Of a stretch of 64,000 bases of DNA, positions 29,901 through 40,430 are shown in pieces (positions within the stretch are counted from its first letter, which is position 1; each line of letters begins with the position of its first letter). The stretch is from contig CBDCMT010000001.1 of assembly GCA_965219095.1 (NCBI GenBank), forward strand, positions 1,408,001-1,472,000. The letters run 5' to 3'. The position numbers and the translations under genes were made by a program. The notes under the pieces were generated by a model. It was given only the letters and a program-made list of their open reading frames with translations, ran no database searches and was not told the DNA's origin. The DNA is from Bdellovibrionales bacterium (GTDB lineage: Bacteria; Bdellovibrionota; Bdellovibrionia; Bdellovibrionales; UBA1609).

Positions 29901-31343
29901 ATGAATCACAAAAGCTTTCAAGGGGCGGGTCTTAGTGCACGCCCTTTGCATTTTTCTAAACTCCTTAAAACCCCTCATACTTCTTGGATTGAAATTCTTG
30001 TAGATAACTACTTGGAAAACTTTCCACATACAAAAACCTTAGAAAAGCTCTCTGAACTTTATGCACTTACTTTCCATAGCGTAAACCTTAGTTTAGGAAA
30101 TGTAAAAGAATTGGACTGGACGTTTCTCAAAAAAATAAAAAATCTTGTTAAAAAATACAAGCCTGCCCTTATTTCCGACCATCTTTGTTGGACGAATCAT
30201 AAGAATCATTATTTCCATGATCTTCTACCTCTACCTTATAATGAAGAAACAGCTTTGAGAATATCTTGTCGCATAAAAATCCTTCAAGATTATTTTGAAA
30301 CACCCTTAGCTATAGAGAATATATCAAGCTATCTTGATTTTAAAGCTTCCACTTTCGATGAGATTGATTTTATTAATTTTATTGCTGAAAAATCTCCATG
30401 CCTGATCCTTCTAGATGTGAATAACATTTATGTTAACTCTTTGAATCGAAACATAGACCCCTATAGTATGCTTAAGAAGTTAAGCTTTCAAAAAGTGGCC
30501 CAATATCATGTAGCAGGCTTTATAAAAACAAAAAAAGGATATGCCATAGATACTCATAGTCGGGACGTTAGTCTTGCAGTTTGGAATCTTTTTAAGAACG
30601 CCGTTGAAATCATAGGACCTCGTCCTTGCTGCATAGAATGGGATCAAAACATCCCTGAGTTTGAAGTCCTTTTAAAGGAAGTAGAAAAAATAAAATCTTT
30701 TCTTAAATCTCCCTTTAAAATAAAAAAAACTAAACCTAAAATTTTTTCTTTTAAAAACTTTCAATCACCTACCGGTTCTTCTCCTGAGATGCCTTCTGAA
30801 ACATTTTTTGAAGCACAGAATGCTTTTTCTCAAGTTCTCATAAAAAAAGATAGTTTTACTTCTAGAAAGATCGAGAGTTTGTTTAAGCCTCTCTCTAAGA
30901 TCTCCCTAAACGAAGCTTTTGAAATCTATAGAAACAATTATGCAAAAAGCCTTCTTGAAAGTCTTAAAGATACATTTGAAGCTACTGAAAAATTTCTAGG
31001 AGAAAAAAGATTTAAACAACTATCATTACAGTTCATAATGAAAAATAAAGCCACCACTCCTTTTTTGTCAGATTATGGAGGAGAATTTCCTAAATACTTA
31101 GAGGTACAAGAGCATTTAAAAAACATTTATTTCTTAAAAGATTTGGCTCGTTTTGAATGGTTTATCAAAGAAAGTGCTTTAAAAAATGAAACTCAAGTCT
31201 TAAAAACTAAGCATCCTGTTTATGAAATTTTCTTACACTTAATGAACAAAGTTCCTATAAATGAGTTAAGACCTTTAGGAGATCATCACAGATTCACAAT
31301 TAACTTTAATCAGGAACTCTTAGTAAAGTCTCACAATGTCTAA
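29901..31343 (+). CDS. MNIO (DUF692) fused to a DUF2063-like partner domain
   Basis: FHSVNLSLG, SDHLCW, DLLPLPY, ENISSY, LLDVNNIYV, IDTH, IEWD; then IYRNN..L.DTF....LG...F, YGGEFP.YL, DLARFEW in one frame. Confidence 0.92.
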   Translation: MNHKSFQGAGLSARPLHFSKLLKTPHTSWIEILVDNYLENFPHTKTLEKLSELYALTFHSVNLSLGNVKELDWTFLKKIKNLVKKYKPALISDHLCWTNHKNHYFHDLLPLPYNEETALRISCRIKILQDYFETPLAIENISSYLDFKASTFDEIDFINFIAEKSPCLILLDVNNIYVNSLNRNIDPYSMLKKLSFQKVAQYHVAGFIKTKKGYAIDTHSRDVSLAVWNLFKNAVEIIGPRPCCIEWDQNIPEFEVLLKEVEKIKSFLKSPFKIKKTKPKIFSFKNFQSPTGSSPEMPSETFFEAQNAFSQVLIKKDSFTSRKIESLFKPLSKISLNEAFEIYRNNYAKSLLESLKDTFEATEKFLGEKRFKQLSLQFIMKNKATTPFLSDYGGEFPKYLEVQEHLKNIYFLKDLARFEWFIKESALKNETQVLKTKHPVYEIFLHLMNKVPINELRPLGDHHRFTINFNQELLVKSHNV

Positions 31344-31621
31344 GACATAGAAAGGTGTTCTTTAAGAATGGTCTCTGCTACGGCTTCCATGTCAACCTCA
31401 TAAGTTCCTTTGTCAATTTTTTCTTGAAAAACTTTTATTTTTTCAAGATTAACACTTCTATCAGAAACTACTTCTAAAGCCTTACTTAAAATTTGTGCTT
31501 CTTTTGAAAGATGAACTTGATCAAGTTGAGTACAATGTTTTACATCTGCTACTTCTTTTGCTGAAGATGTTTTATTGATCTCTCGTAACCCTTCTAATGC
31601 TTGTTGAATTTGAATTTTCAC
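31340..31621 (-). CDS. flgM: Anti-sigma-28 factor FlgM
   Basis: DQVHLS.EA, EKI...QEKI.KGTYEVD...VAE.IL; GTG start after GGAGG. Confidence 0.85.
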   Translation of the reverse strand: MKIQIQQALEGLREINKTSSAKEVADVKHCTQLDQVHLSKEAQILSKALEVVSDRSVNLEKIKVFQEKIDKGTYEVDMEAVAETILKEHLSMS

Positions 31622-31749
31622 AAACCTACCCTCCTCCTTTATAAGCAAATATAACATGGAGATAACATGAAAACAATCTTAGACGGAAGTAGGGCTTTGA
31701 GTCGATCTAGACTACACAGATAACAATCTATTGGTTACATATTATATAG

Positions 31750-32604
31750 ATGAAGCCTTATCTCCTTTCTTTTTTTATGATAGCAAGCTTTCTTGACTCT
31801 TCTTACCTTAAAGCACATTTTACAATTCAACAAAAGCCACATTTTTATAAAAGTTATAAGAACATTTCTGATCTTCCCATAAAAAACAATTGGCATGTAA
31901 GGTATTGGATACGTTATTTTCAAAGAAAGGGGCGACCTTTTTTTGAAAAGGCTCTTGCTCGCTCTCATCGCTATCTTCCTAAATGGAAAAAAATCTTTTT
32001 GAAAAAAAATCTCCCGCAAGATCTAGCTTATGTAGCTCTTTTAGAGAGTGGCTTTTCTGCTCATGCTAAAAGTCATGCACAAGCTGTAGGATACTGGCAG
32101 TTTTTAAAGAGTACTGGTAAAAGATATGGGTTAAAAAATACATGGTGGCTTGATGAGAGAAAGGATTATCTAAAGAGTACTATAGCTGCTTCTGATTATT
32201 TAAAAGATCTTTACAATATTTTTCATTCATGGGAGCTTGCTTTAGCTGCTTATAACATGGGAGAAAGTCGTCTTGTTGCTCTTATCAAAAAACATAAAAC
32301 AAAGGACTTTTGGCGTCTTTCCAATAAAAGTGGTTTTCCTCAGGAGACAAGGGAATATATCCCAAAAATTATGGCTTCTATCTTGCTTGCTAAATTTCCT
32401 AAACTCTATGGCTTTAAAAATCATAAACTTCCTCCCTTATCTTATAAAAAGATCTGGGTTCCCGGAGGAACAAAACTAGCTTATATCTCATCTCAAATAG
32501 GAACTAATTTAAGTCAGCTCAAAAGACTCAATCCTTCTTTACTTAAGTCCATTGTACCTAAATGGCAGAAACAAGGTTTTTGGATACGAATCCCTAAAGA
32601 GTGA
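31750..32604 (+). CDS. MltD-like lytic transglycosylase
   Basis: LESGF, AVGYWQF..TG..YGL, DER.D, LAAYNMGE, ETREYIPK, LysM-like tail. Confidence 0.9.
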   Translation: MKPYLLSFFMIASFLDSSYLKAHFTIQQKPHFYKSYKNISDLPIKNNWHVRYWIRYFQRKGRPFFEKALARSHRYLPKWKKIFLKKNLPQDLAYVALLESGFSAHAKSHAQAVGYWQFLKSTGKRYGLKNTWWLDERKDYLKSTIAASDYLKDLYNIFHSWELALAAYNMGESRLVALIKKHKTKDFWRLSNKSGFPQETREYIPKIMASILLAKFPKLYGFKNHKLPPLSYKKIWVPGGTKLAYISSQIGTNLSQLKRLNPSLLKSIVPKWQKQGFWIRIPKE

Positions 32605-32908
32605 GTAAAAATAAAACTACAAAAAGAAACAAACTAAAAAATCAAGCATACCTTTTTTGAGACAGTTTAAAGCTTTAGGTGTGATAGTTGTTGTAAGCTT
32701 TAATCTTAATCGACGATCTTTCTCTGATAGCACATGTAAATCTTAATGACATAAAATCTGAAATGTCTAAGTTATTTTTTAAAAGTGCCTTACTTTAATA
32801 CAACTTTATTTTTTCGTTTCAAAATAAAACGAGTTTTTTAAAAAATGATAAAACTCTTTGGAGCACTGCAATAATAAGGTACCCTATAATTGTTGAAGAG
32901 GTTTAAAA

Positions 32909-33352
32909 ATGAAAAAAATAAAGAAGAAAAAAATAAAGAAGAAAAAAGTAGAGAAGAAAAAAGTAGAGAAGAAAAAAGTAAAAAATATTGTCGAATTTAA
33001 TCCCATAGCGATTTTAATCAAAAGGAAAATTGCTGAAGTTGTAAAGAAGTACAATCCTGTAGCTGAGGAATGCAGTATGAAGCCTATTGCAGATAGCGTT
33101 GTAAAAAACGCCAATCATTTTACAGATAAGATAACAGAGGTTTTCGTTCATTATAAGATCCCTGAGATAGACAGACTCTGGGATGGGTGTGTGAGTTTTC
33201 TTTGGGACTTTTCGATACAGCCTATCAAACAGTTAGAGCTTTATATTTATGCAAATACAGTGACTGTTATTGCAGAGGATAAGTTGGAGAACATAAAAGC
33301 TTATAAAGAGGTTACATTTTACCTAAAAGTAAAGAAGTTCCCAAAGAGTTAA
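32909..33352 (+). CDS. Hypothetical protein with Lys-rich repeated N-terminus
   Basis: GAGG RBS; 15-bp tandem repeat encoding KKIKK/KKVEK. Confidence 0.55.
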   Translation: MKKIKKKKIKKKKVEKKKVEKKKVKNIVEFNPIAILIKRKIAEVVKKYNPVAEECSMKPIADSVVKNANHFTDKITEVFVHYKIPEIDRLWDGCVSFLWDFSIQPIKQLELYIYANTVTVIAEDKLENIKAYKEVTFYLKVKKFPKS

Positions 33353-33481
33353 GGATATACTTGGATCACTTTCTTTTAAAAAGTAAATGTGAAAGTAGTT
33401 CTAAAATTGAGAAATTTAAAAAAAAGATTTAATTAACTGATCAATAGACTCTTTATCAAAAGTATTTATAGTTCTTTAAAG

Positions 33482-34490
33482 GTAACTGCTCACTCTCGTA
33501 AGTTTTTATTTAAAGCCATAGAGATGGCTTCTAAAGAAGAATACCCTCTATTTCTCATTGTTTTAACATAGATGGCTTCTAAAGAAGAATACCCTCTATT
33601 TCTCATTGTTTTAACATAGCTGGTAATGCGACAAAAATATTTCGCCATTTCTTCTGTTCTGAAACACCCTGACACTTTCTTTTTCACCTTAGTCATTCTT
33701 AGATCTCTTTCAGCTCTGTTATTAGTGGGATCTACGTTCTTTCTTTTAGCAAAACATAGTACTTCTGCTTCATACTTTTTAAGTCGCATCCATTCGACCT
33801 ATAAGCCCCATGTAATGTTCCCCAACACGTTGAAAAGACAGCATCTGAACTATAATGAAATTGATGATGGAAGCTCTAATGCCTATACCATACTGAAGAG
33901 GACCACTCATACCTTTAGGGAATTGACCTTTATTTCTAGCTCCACATGAGGGAGAATCCTTAACCTCAGAAGTTACAGTATGGGTCTGAATTTCATAAAA
34001 AATATCAATCTTTTTACGCTTCTCAAGGCTTTTTACCTCTGCTGTCTTTAAACACATCCCACACTGAGAACACTCTGAGGGAGAGACAGTCTCCTCGCTG
34101 TTTTGTATCTTTACTGTTATCAAGTCTAGAGCCCTTTTTTTGACTCCCACTAGCTTTCTTATTACGATTCCCTTGACGACTAAAATCTTGCGAAGGAGGA
34201 AGACCGCTGTTGCTGGAATTTTTTCGAACCTGTTTTTCTAAAAACACAACAATCAGAATGTTCACAACCTTAAAGAGAGATTCAAAAATCACAGAAATCT
34301 CAGTAGGCACAGAACCTTTCTTTGCAAACTTATCAAAGTCACTTCTTATATTTTTAATCTCATTTCTGATGGAGGTCTTATTTATTGTCATTTGAAAAAA
34401 GTATTTAAAAGAAAATCTGTAAGAACAAGACTTTTATCTTAAAACAGATCTAAAGTTAGGGATAACTGAACAATGTAGGTGAGCAGTTAC
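33482..34490 (-). mobile_element. Internally deleted ISBst12-like IS66 element
   Basis: Both IRs present; 8-bp target duplication CTTTAAAG; about 570 bp missing relative to 20276-21808; 48-bp tandem duplication near 33520-33618. Confidence 0.93.
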
Positions 34491-34608
34491 CTTTAAAGAT
34501 TGTTAGAGGAATGCTCATTGGTGGTTTCAAAAAAATTTAAGTTAATTTCCTAGATGAATTAGAAAGGAACTTGTAGACTAAAATTATGTGAATGATTTTT
34601 TTGACATA

Positions 34609-34678
34609 TAGTACTTCCGTTTAGGTTTTCAGGTTTTTTCTCTATAGAATCGACCGGAAAATCTAAGCGTATTCACTA
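34609..34678. mobile_element. About 70-bp MITE derived from IS630 type C
   Basis: TAGTACTTCCGTTTAGGTTTTC...GGAAAATCTAAGCGTATTCACTA resembles both ends of 22119-23217; TA flanks. Confidence 0.8.
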
Positions 34679-34709
34679 TAGATATTCATATGGATGACTA
34701 ACTCAAATC

Positions 34710-35975
34710 CTAGAGAGAAGTTTTCTCTTTTTTAAGAGGAGCTTTTTTATGGACGACCTTATTCTTCTCAAAGGGTTCAAGGTGAGGTCTAAGGGCATGC
34801 ATGGCTGAACGAAAACCTATACGGACAATATGGGAGAGAACTTTTTCATTAAGACTAAAGTGGTCGTAAAAAAACATTTGATAATCTTTGGAACTTGGAT
34901 GTATATAAATACAATCAGTTCCTTGTGATAAAGAGAGGTTCTCTAAGACAGAGTCAATGATTTTTTCTTTTATCTTTTTATCTAAATCTGTCTTTCTAAG
35001 AAGATCTTCTAAATCATTTATAACTTTTTTTGATTGGTTGCGAAACTGTGTATCAGAAGAAATTTTTTGCTGAATCATTTGGTAGATGGCTTGATTGATA
35101 ATAAGAGGAACTCCATATTTTTGAAGAGAACCCATTTCAGGATTAAATTCATAAGGTTCGATAGACGAAGAAGCTATAATAAGATCAGCTCCCTTTTTCT
35201 CGGGAATAAAGGTTGGTAAAGTGTCTCGAATTTCACCATCAAAATAGTATTCGACATGCCCTAATTTATTTTCTATACCATAAGGTGAAAAAAGAGGAGG
35301 AAGTGAAGCAGAAGCACAAACAGCATCACTAATGGTAGTATGCTTTTTGTAAGAAACTCCCATTTGATTTTCTGCTTCCTCTGTTTTTCCAAAAACAGTA
35401 AGTTCTGAGTGATCCAGCCTTGTGGCTATAATGGAAAGATCTAAATTCAAATCTTGAAAATTATTTGTCTTTAAAACATGCTCTTTTAAATAACGGCCTA
35501 TGTTTTTAGTAGAAAAAATACCATTCAATTTGAACTTTTTCTTAAATAACACTTCGAGTCCTCCTCTGATCACAGGTTGTTTATGAAAGAGATTGGAAAG
35601 AAATTGAGAAGCGGCTTCCGTATTCAAGCCAAAAATATCTGTATAAGAGATGGGTTTTAAGATGTTGTTTTTTTTTGTTGACTGGTTTTTCTTTTTAAAA
35701 GTTTCAAACTCTTTTCCTCGTAAAAAAGCATCGATGAGATCATAAGCATCAAATCCACAGGCTAAAATAGTGGCAATAACAGCTCCCGCACTACTTCCCA
35801 CATAAATTTCAAAATCTTTAAACCTTTTCTCATCTTGACCTTTTTTGTTTTTGTAGGAATGAAAAGAAAAGCCACATTCTCCAAGGGCTATACATACTCC
35901 TACATGAAAGGCTGCGGCCTTAATGCCTCCGCCACTTAACAAAAGGGCGGGTTTTTTTTTCTTACTTAAGTCCAT
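34710..35975 (-). CDS. Patatin-like phospholipase
   Basis: LSGGGIKA, GSSAG, ASASLP, FDGE. Confidence 0.92.
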   Translation of the reverse strand: MDLSKKKKPALLLSGGGIKAAAFHVGVCIALGECGFSFHSYKNKKGQDEKRFKDFEIYVGSSAGAVIATILACGFDAYDLIDAFLRGKEFETFKKKNQSTKKNNILKPISYTDIFGLNTEAASQFLSNLFHKQPVIRGGLEVLFKKKFKLNGIFSTKNIGRYLKEHVLKTNNFQDLNLDLSIIATRLDHSELTVFGKTEEAENQMGVSYKKHTTISDAVCASASLPPLFSPYGIENKLGHVEYYFDGEIRDTLPTFIPEKKGADLIIASSSIEPYEFNPEMGSLQKYGVPLIINQAIYQMIQQKISSDTQFRNQSKKVINDLEDLLRKTDLDKKIKEKIIDSVLENLSLSQGTDCIYIHPSSKDYQMFFYDHFSLNEKVLSHIVRIGFRSAMHALRPHLEPFEKNKVVHKKAPLKKEKTSL

Positions 35976-36022
35976 TTCATGTTTAGTGTATTCTATTTGA
36001 ACTCAATAGACTACTCTAAACC

Positions 36023-38413
36023 TTAGATTCCTGAGTAGTTATCACTTCCGACAGCCTTGTCTTTTACTTTTCTTTCTTCATTTTTCTTCTTACGAGAGCG
36101 AAGATTGGCTCTTTTCGCAAGAGCTACAGCTAAAACCTCGTCTAAATGCTCAACAAAGACAAAATTGATTTTGTTTCTTAGCTCATCTTGAATGTCAGCA
36201 AGGTCTTTCTTATTGCCAATTGGTAAAATGATGTTTTTAATCCCTATGGAAAGAGCTGCTAAGCACTTCTCCTTAATTCCTCCCACAGGCAACACACGAC
36301 CTGTTAAAGTAACTTCCCCTGTCATAGATACATCATTTCTTATAAGAGTGTTAGTCATGAGACTGATCATAGCTGTAGCCAACGTAATTCCAGCCGAAGG
36401 ACCGTCTTTTGGAATAGCACCTGCCGGTAGGTGAATATGCATGGAGTGTGTGTCAAACCAATCTTCACAAATCCCCAACTCCTTATAATGGGCTTTTGCA
36501 TAAGAGGCGGCTGCTTGAGCGGATTCTTTCATAACATCTCCAAGTTGCCCTGTAAGTTTCAGATCACCTTTTCCTTTCACAGGTAAAGCTTCTACAAAAA
36601 GAATTTCGCCTCCTGCTTGGGTCCAAGCCATCCCTGTTGCAACACCCACTTGACTTTCTTTCAAAATCTCTTCCTTTAAAAACTTTTCTGCTCCTAAAAA
36701 GTTTTGAACGCACTTAGAATTCACAATTGTTTTCCCTGTGTGACCCATAACCATCTTCTTAGCTACTTTTCTAAAGATGGAGCAAAGTTCTCTTTCTAGA
36801 TTACGAACTCCCGCTTCTCTTGTATAGTTATGGATCAGATAGGTGATACCTTCTCTTGTAAATTCAATAGATGCTTTTTCTAATCCGTGATTTTCAATTT
36901 GTTTACTTAAAAGGTATTTTTCGCAAATAGCAAGTTTTTCGTTAAAGGTATAACCTGAAATAGGAATGACTTCCATGCGATCCCTTAAAGCAGGCGGGAT
37001 GTTTTCAACTAAATTAGCTGTTGCCATAAAAAGAACTTCGCTTAAGTCAAAATCAATGTTAATATAATGGTCTTTAAACGCACAATTTTGTTCTGGATCC
37101 AAAACTTCTAGCATAGCAGAACTTGGGTCACCCCTAAAATCAGAACCTAGTTTATCAATTTCATCTAAAAGTAAAACAGAGTTTTTAGATTTTGTTTGTT
37201 TTAGGGCTTGTATGATTTTTCCTGGCATAGAGCCCACATAAGTTCTCCTATGTCCTCTTATTTCAGCTTCCTCTTTCAGACCTCCTAAAGAAATTCTAGC
37301 GTATTTACGTCCCATAGCTTTGGCGATGCTTTTTCCTAAAGAGGTCTTCCCCACTCCGGGGGGGCCAGAAAAACATAAAATAGGACCTTTAACATTTTTT
37401 TTAAGTTTACGAACTGCTAAGAATTCTAAGACTCTTTCTTTTACTTTATCTAAGGAATAATGATCTTCGTCTAAAATTCTCTGGGCATTACTAATATCCA
37501 AATTGTCTTCGGTGTAAGATGACCAAGGTAATTCTACAACCCAATCCATGTAATTTCTTAAAATGGAGGACTCACTAGACTCAGGATGCATTCTTTCTAG
37601 GCGACGGAATTGCTTTAAAATTTCCACCTCAGCTTGTTCAGGCATTTTAGCTACTTTAATCTTCTGTCGTAATTCATCCATTTCAGATACTTTAGAATCA
37701 GAATCTTGGTTGTGTTTCATCTGTTCTTGAAGAAAAAATTCTTTTTGTTGATCCATCACTTCATCTTCTTTATCATGAGATTTTAAATAATTTTTAGAGT
37801 TTGTGATTTCATTCTCTAAAAGCTTCTTTACAAGGTCCATTTTCTCTCTTAGATCATCAATTTCCATTAAAGTCTGGCACTTGTCAGAGCTTAAGCCTAT
37901 ATTGCTTACAATCAAGTCAGAAACTCTATTGATATCATTAATATCCTCAATAACTAAGAGTATATCAGGAGAAATGTTTTTTCCTAAAGAAATGAGTTTT
38001 CCTAAATCGTCTTTGACATCTCTTAGAAAGACCTCTTTCTCCACAGAAGAAATGGAGCTTTCCTGAGGTTTCAGAACTTCAATATCCACTTTGAAAAAAG
38101 GATGTGTTTGAGTAAAATTTAAACTGCATGCTCTATCTAAACCTTGAATCAGAATTTTGATATGTCCGTCAGATAATTTTCTCATGCGAACAATCATAGC
38201 CAATGTCCCTACATTATAAATGTCCTCTTTTTTGAGTTCTTCTTCTAAGGGATCTTTTTGAGACACTAAAAAGATAAGTCTATCTTTCTGTAGAGCTTTT
38301 TCTACTGCTTTTATAGAACTCTCACGACAAATATGAAGTGGTAAAATCATATAAGGAAACACAACTAAGTCTCTTATGGGTAAGAGTGGAATGTTTTTCT
38401 GTTTCATATTCAA
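36023..38413 (-). CDS. lon: ATP-dependent Lon protease
   Basis: GPPGVGKTS, LLDEIDK, PKDGPSAG, VGGIKEK. Confidence 0.98.
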   Translation of the reverse strand: MNMKQKNIPLLPIRDLVVFPYMILPLHICRESSIKAVEKALQKDRLIFLVSQKDPLEEELKKEDIYNVGTLAMIVRMRKLSDGHIKILIQGLDRACSLNFTQTHPFFKVDIEVLKPQESSISSVEKEVFLRDVKDDLGKLISLGKNISPDILLVIEDINDINRVSDLIVSNIGLSSDKCQTLMEIDDLREKMDLVKKLLENEITNSKNYLKSHDKEDEVMDQQKEFFLQEQMKHNQDSDSKVSEMDELRQKIKVAKMPEQAEVEILKQFRRLERMHPESSESSILRNYMDWVVELPWSSYTEDNLDISNAQRILDEDHYSLDKVKERVLEFLAVRKLKKNVKGPILCFSGPPGVGKTSLGKSIAKAMGRKYARISLGGLKEEAEIRGHRRTYVGSMPGKIIQALKQTKSKNSVLLLDEIDKLGSDFRGDPSSAMLEVLDPEQNCAFKDHYINIDFDLSEVLFMATANLVENIPPALRDRMEVIPISGYTFNEKLAICEKYLLSKQIENHGLEKASIEFTREGITYLIHNYTREAGVRNLERELCSIFRKVAKKMVMGHTGKTIVNSKCVQNFLGAEKFLKEEILKESQVGVATGMAWTQAGGEILFVEALPVKGKGDLKLTGQLGDVMKESAQAAASYAKAHYKELGICEDWFDTHSMHIHLPAGAIPKDGPSAGITLATAMISLMTNTLIRNDVSMTGEVTLTGRVLPVGGIKEKCLAALSIGIKNIILPIGNKKDLADIQDELRNKINFVFVEHLDEVLAVALAKRANLRSRKKKNEERKVKDKAVGSDNYSGI

Positions 38414-38504
38414 GATTTCCTCCTTCTGGTAATAACCTTTTCGGAAAAAAAAGAGAGTCTATAAAGTCTATTTTTTGAAATTATAGAAAACTAGCCTAAA
38501 ATCT

Positions 38505-40430
38505 TTAAAAAAAAGGAACAATTTTTCCTTTCTTAAGAGTTAAAACTTTAAGACTATGGATAATATTGCGTTCTTTGGAGGTACTCACCAGACCAAAAGT
38601 CCCAGGAAATTCATATAAATTTGACAATTTTTTTGACAACTCCTCTCTATTATTAGACCCTGAGAGGATAAGTTGTCTCAAAATAAGACCTACATCATAA
38701 GCTTGTGATTCTAAGATGGTAGGAATTTTGCCAAAAGTTTTTTTATAGAGTTGATAAAAGACGGTATTCTTAAAAAATTTAGGATCAAAAGATAGATCAG
38801 GAAAGACCACTCCTTCCACCATTTTTCCTCCCTTTTTAAAAAGTTCCGGAGTGTTCCATAAGTTTGTACCTAATAACATGATGTTTTCAATGTCTTGGTA
38901 CTTTAAAGTAGCAACAGTTTGTATTAAATTTTGAACACGATCGGGAAGGAATAAAGCATCAAATCTTACAAGAGGAGGTAAAATTTCAGGAACTTTCATG
39001 CGATGATGAAGATGCTTTTGCTGACTGTACCAGTGCATTAAATGCAGTCTATACTCATTTTTTCTATCTTCTATATAAAATGTTCCTGTCAGTCTTTTTA
39101 TAGCATCATTAAGTCGAGGTGTTTTAGCATTATAAGTTTGAACTGCGACAACTTCTCCTCCTTGGCTGAGGACTTCATCCCAAAAAAGATTGGCATACTC
39201 CACTCCGTACTTATCGTTAGGGTATAAGATAGCAAACTTTTTGAGTCCTCTTAATTTGAGAGTCGTTCTGACAAGTTCTTCCACAATTTTTTTACTCGTA
39301 AGAGCATAACGAAACACAAAGGGGCTGTTTTTGGTTAAATCATACTTCTGAGAGAAAGTGATGTTGGGAGTAAGAAACTTCTGTGATACCTTAGCGACTT
39401 CTTTTGATGTTTTTCCTAAAAGGTCTCCTACAATAGCAATAGGCTTTTCTTGTTTTAAAAGATCGTAAGTTACAGTCTCAGCTCTTTCAGAATTACCTTC
39501 GCTATCTCTTATTGCAAGAGAAAATTTGGATCTTTTTTCATCTCCAAAAATTCCCAAACCTAACAGCAAGCCTTTCAAAGCCCTTTGTCCATAAATACCT
39601 GTTTTCCCAGAAAGAGGGAGTACAACACCTATGGTATAGGCTTGAGAAGCACTTTTGTTTTTCAAAGACTCTAAGATATGTAAAGCCTTAGTCTTATAAA
39701 CAGACTCTCCTTCATATGACACAGCTTTTTGTAAGAAGTCTTGTGCCTTCGAAAGATCATTAAGGTTCCAATAATACTCTCCGATTTTTAACCCAGCCCA
39801 ACTGGAAATCTCTCCATAATCTGAAGATAAGGTTATGCTTTTTAGTTCCTCTAGGGAAGCTTCATTTAAGATTTTTATCATAAGATTTTTATAAATTTCA
39901 TGACCATCTAAAACTCTCAAACGATTTAAACTAGCTACGAGTTGACCGGTATTTTGCTCTACCTTATGAACATGAACCATAAGCTTTAAAACTTTAATTT
40001 CAATAATCTGTGAAAGTTCAGAGTGATTGAGTGTTCTTTGGCAAAGAGATTCAACGAAACTTAAGTCTTTTGGCTCTATATGAAAAGTAGAAAAGCTTGC
40101 CAGGTAAAGTGCTGATGCCTCTTTTTCGAAATAAAAAGGTGAGTTGACTACCTTTAAAAAAGACTCTTGAGCCTTCTTATATTGATGTTGTTTCAATAGA
40201 ATCATACCCTTGAGATAGAGAGCATCTAAGTAAATGCCTGAGTTCTTTTTAACTCTACCGAGTTCTCGTAGAGCTTGTTTGTAAAAGTTTTTTTTATAAA
40301 GTCTTTGAATTTTTCTTAAACTTTGAATCTCTTGAGGTTTAGGGGCAATAGAAAAAGGTTTTTTTACTTTTAAGATAGAACAGCTTGATAAGAAGAAAAA
40401 AGTTGAGAAAAGGCACAAAAAATACCTCAT
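38505..40430 (-). CDS. LppC/LpoA-like lipoprotein (penicillin-binding protein activator family)
   Basis: Lipobox LSSC, TPR-like N-half, IGVVLPLSG..G periplasmic-binding fold C-half. Confidence 0.8.
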   Translation of the reverse strand: MRYFLCLFSTFFFLSSCSILKVKKPFSIAPKPQEIQSLRKIQRLYKKNFYKQALRELGRVKKNSGIYLDALYLKGMILLKQHQYKKAQESFLKVVNSPFYFEKEASALYLASFSTFHIEPKDLSFVESLCQRTLNHSELSQIIEIKVLKLMVHVHKVEQNTGQLVASLNRLRVLDGHEIYKNLMIKILNEASLEELKSITLSSDYGEISSWAGLKIGEYYWNLNDLSKAQDFLQKAVSYEGESVYKTKALHILESLKNKSASQAYTIGVVLPLSGKTGIYGQRALKGLLLGLGIFGDEKRSKFSLAIRDSEGNSERAETVTYDLLKQEKPIAIVGDLLGKTSKEVAKVSQKFLTPNITFSQKYDLTKNSPFVFRYALTSKKIVEELVRTTLKLRGLKKFAILYPNDKYGVEYANLFWDEVLSQGGEVVAVQTYNAKTPRLNDAIKRLTGTFYIEDRKNEYRLHLMHWYSQQKHLHHRMKVPEILPPLVRFDALFLPDRVQNLIQTVATLKYQDIENIMLLGTNLWNTPELFKKGGKMVEGVVFPDLSFDPKFFKNTVFYQLYKKTFGKIPTILESQAYDVGLILRQLILSGSNNREELSKKLSNLYEFPGTFGLVSTSKERNIIHSLKVLTLKKGKIVPFF

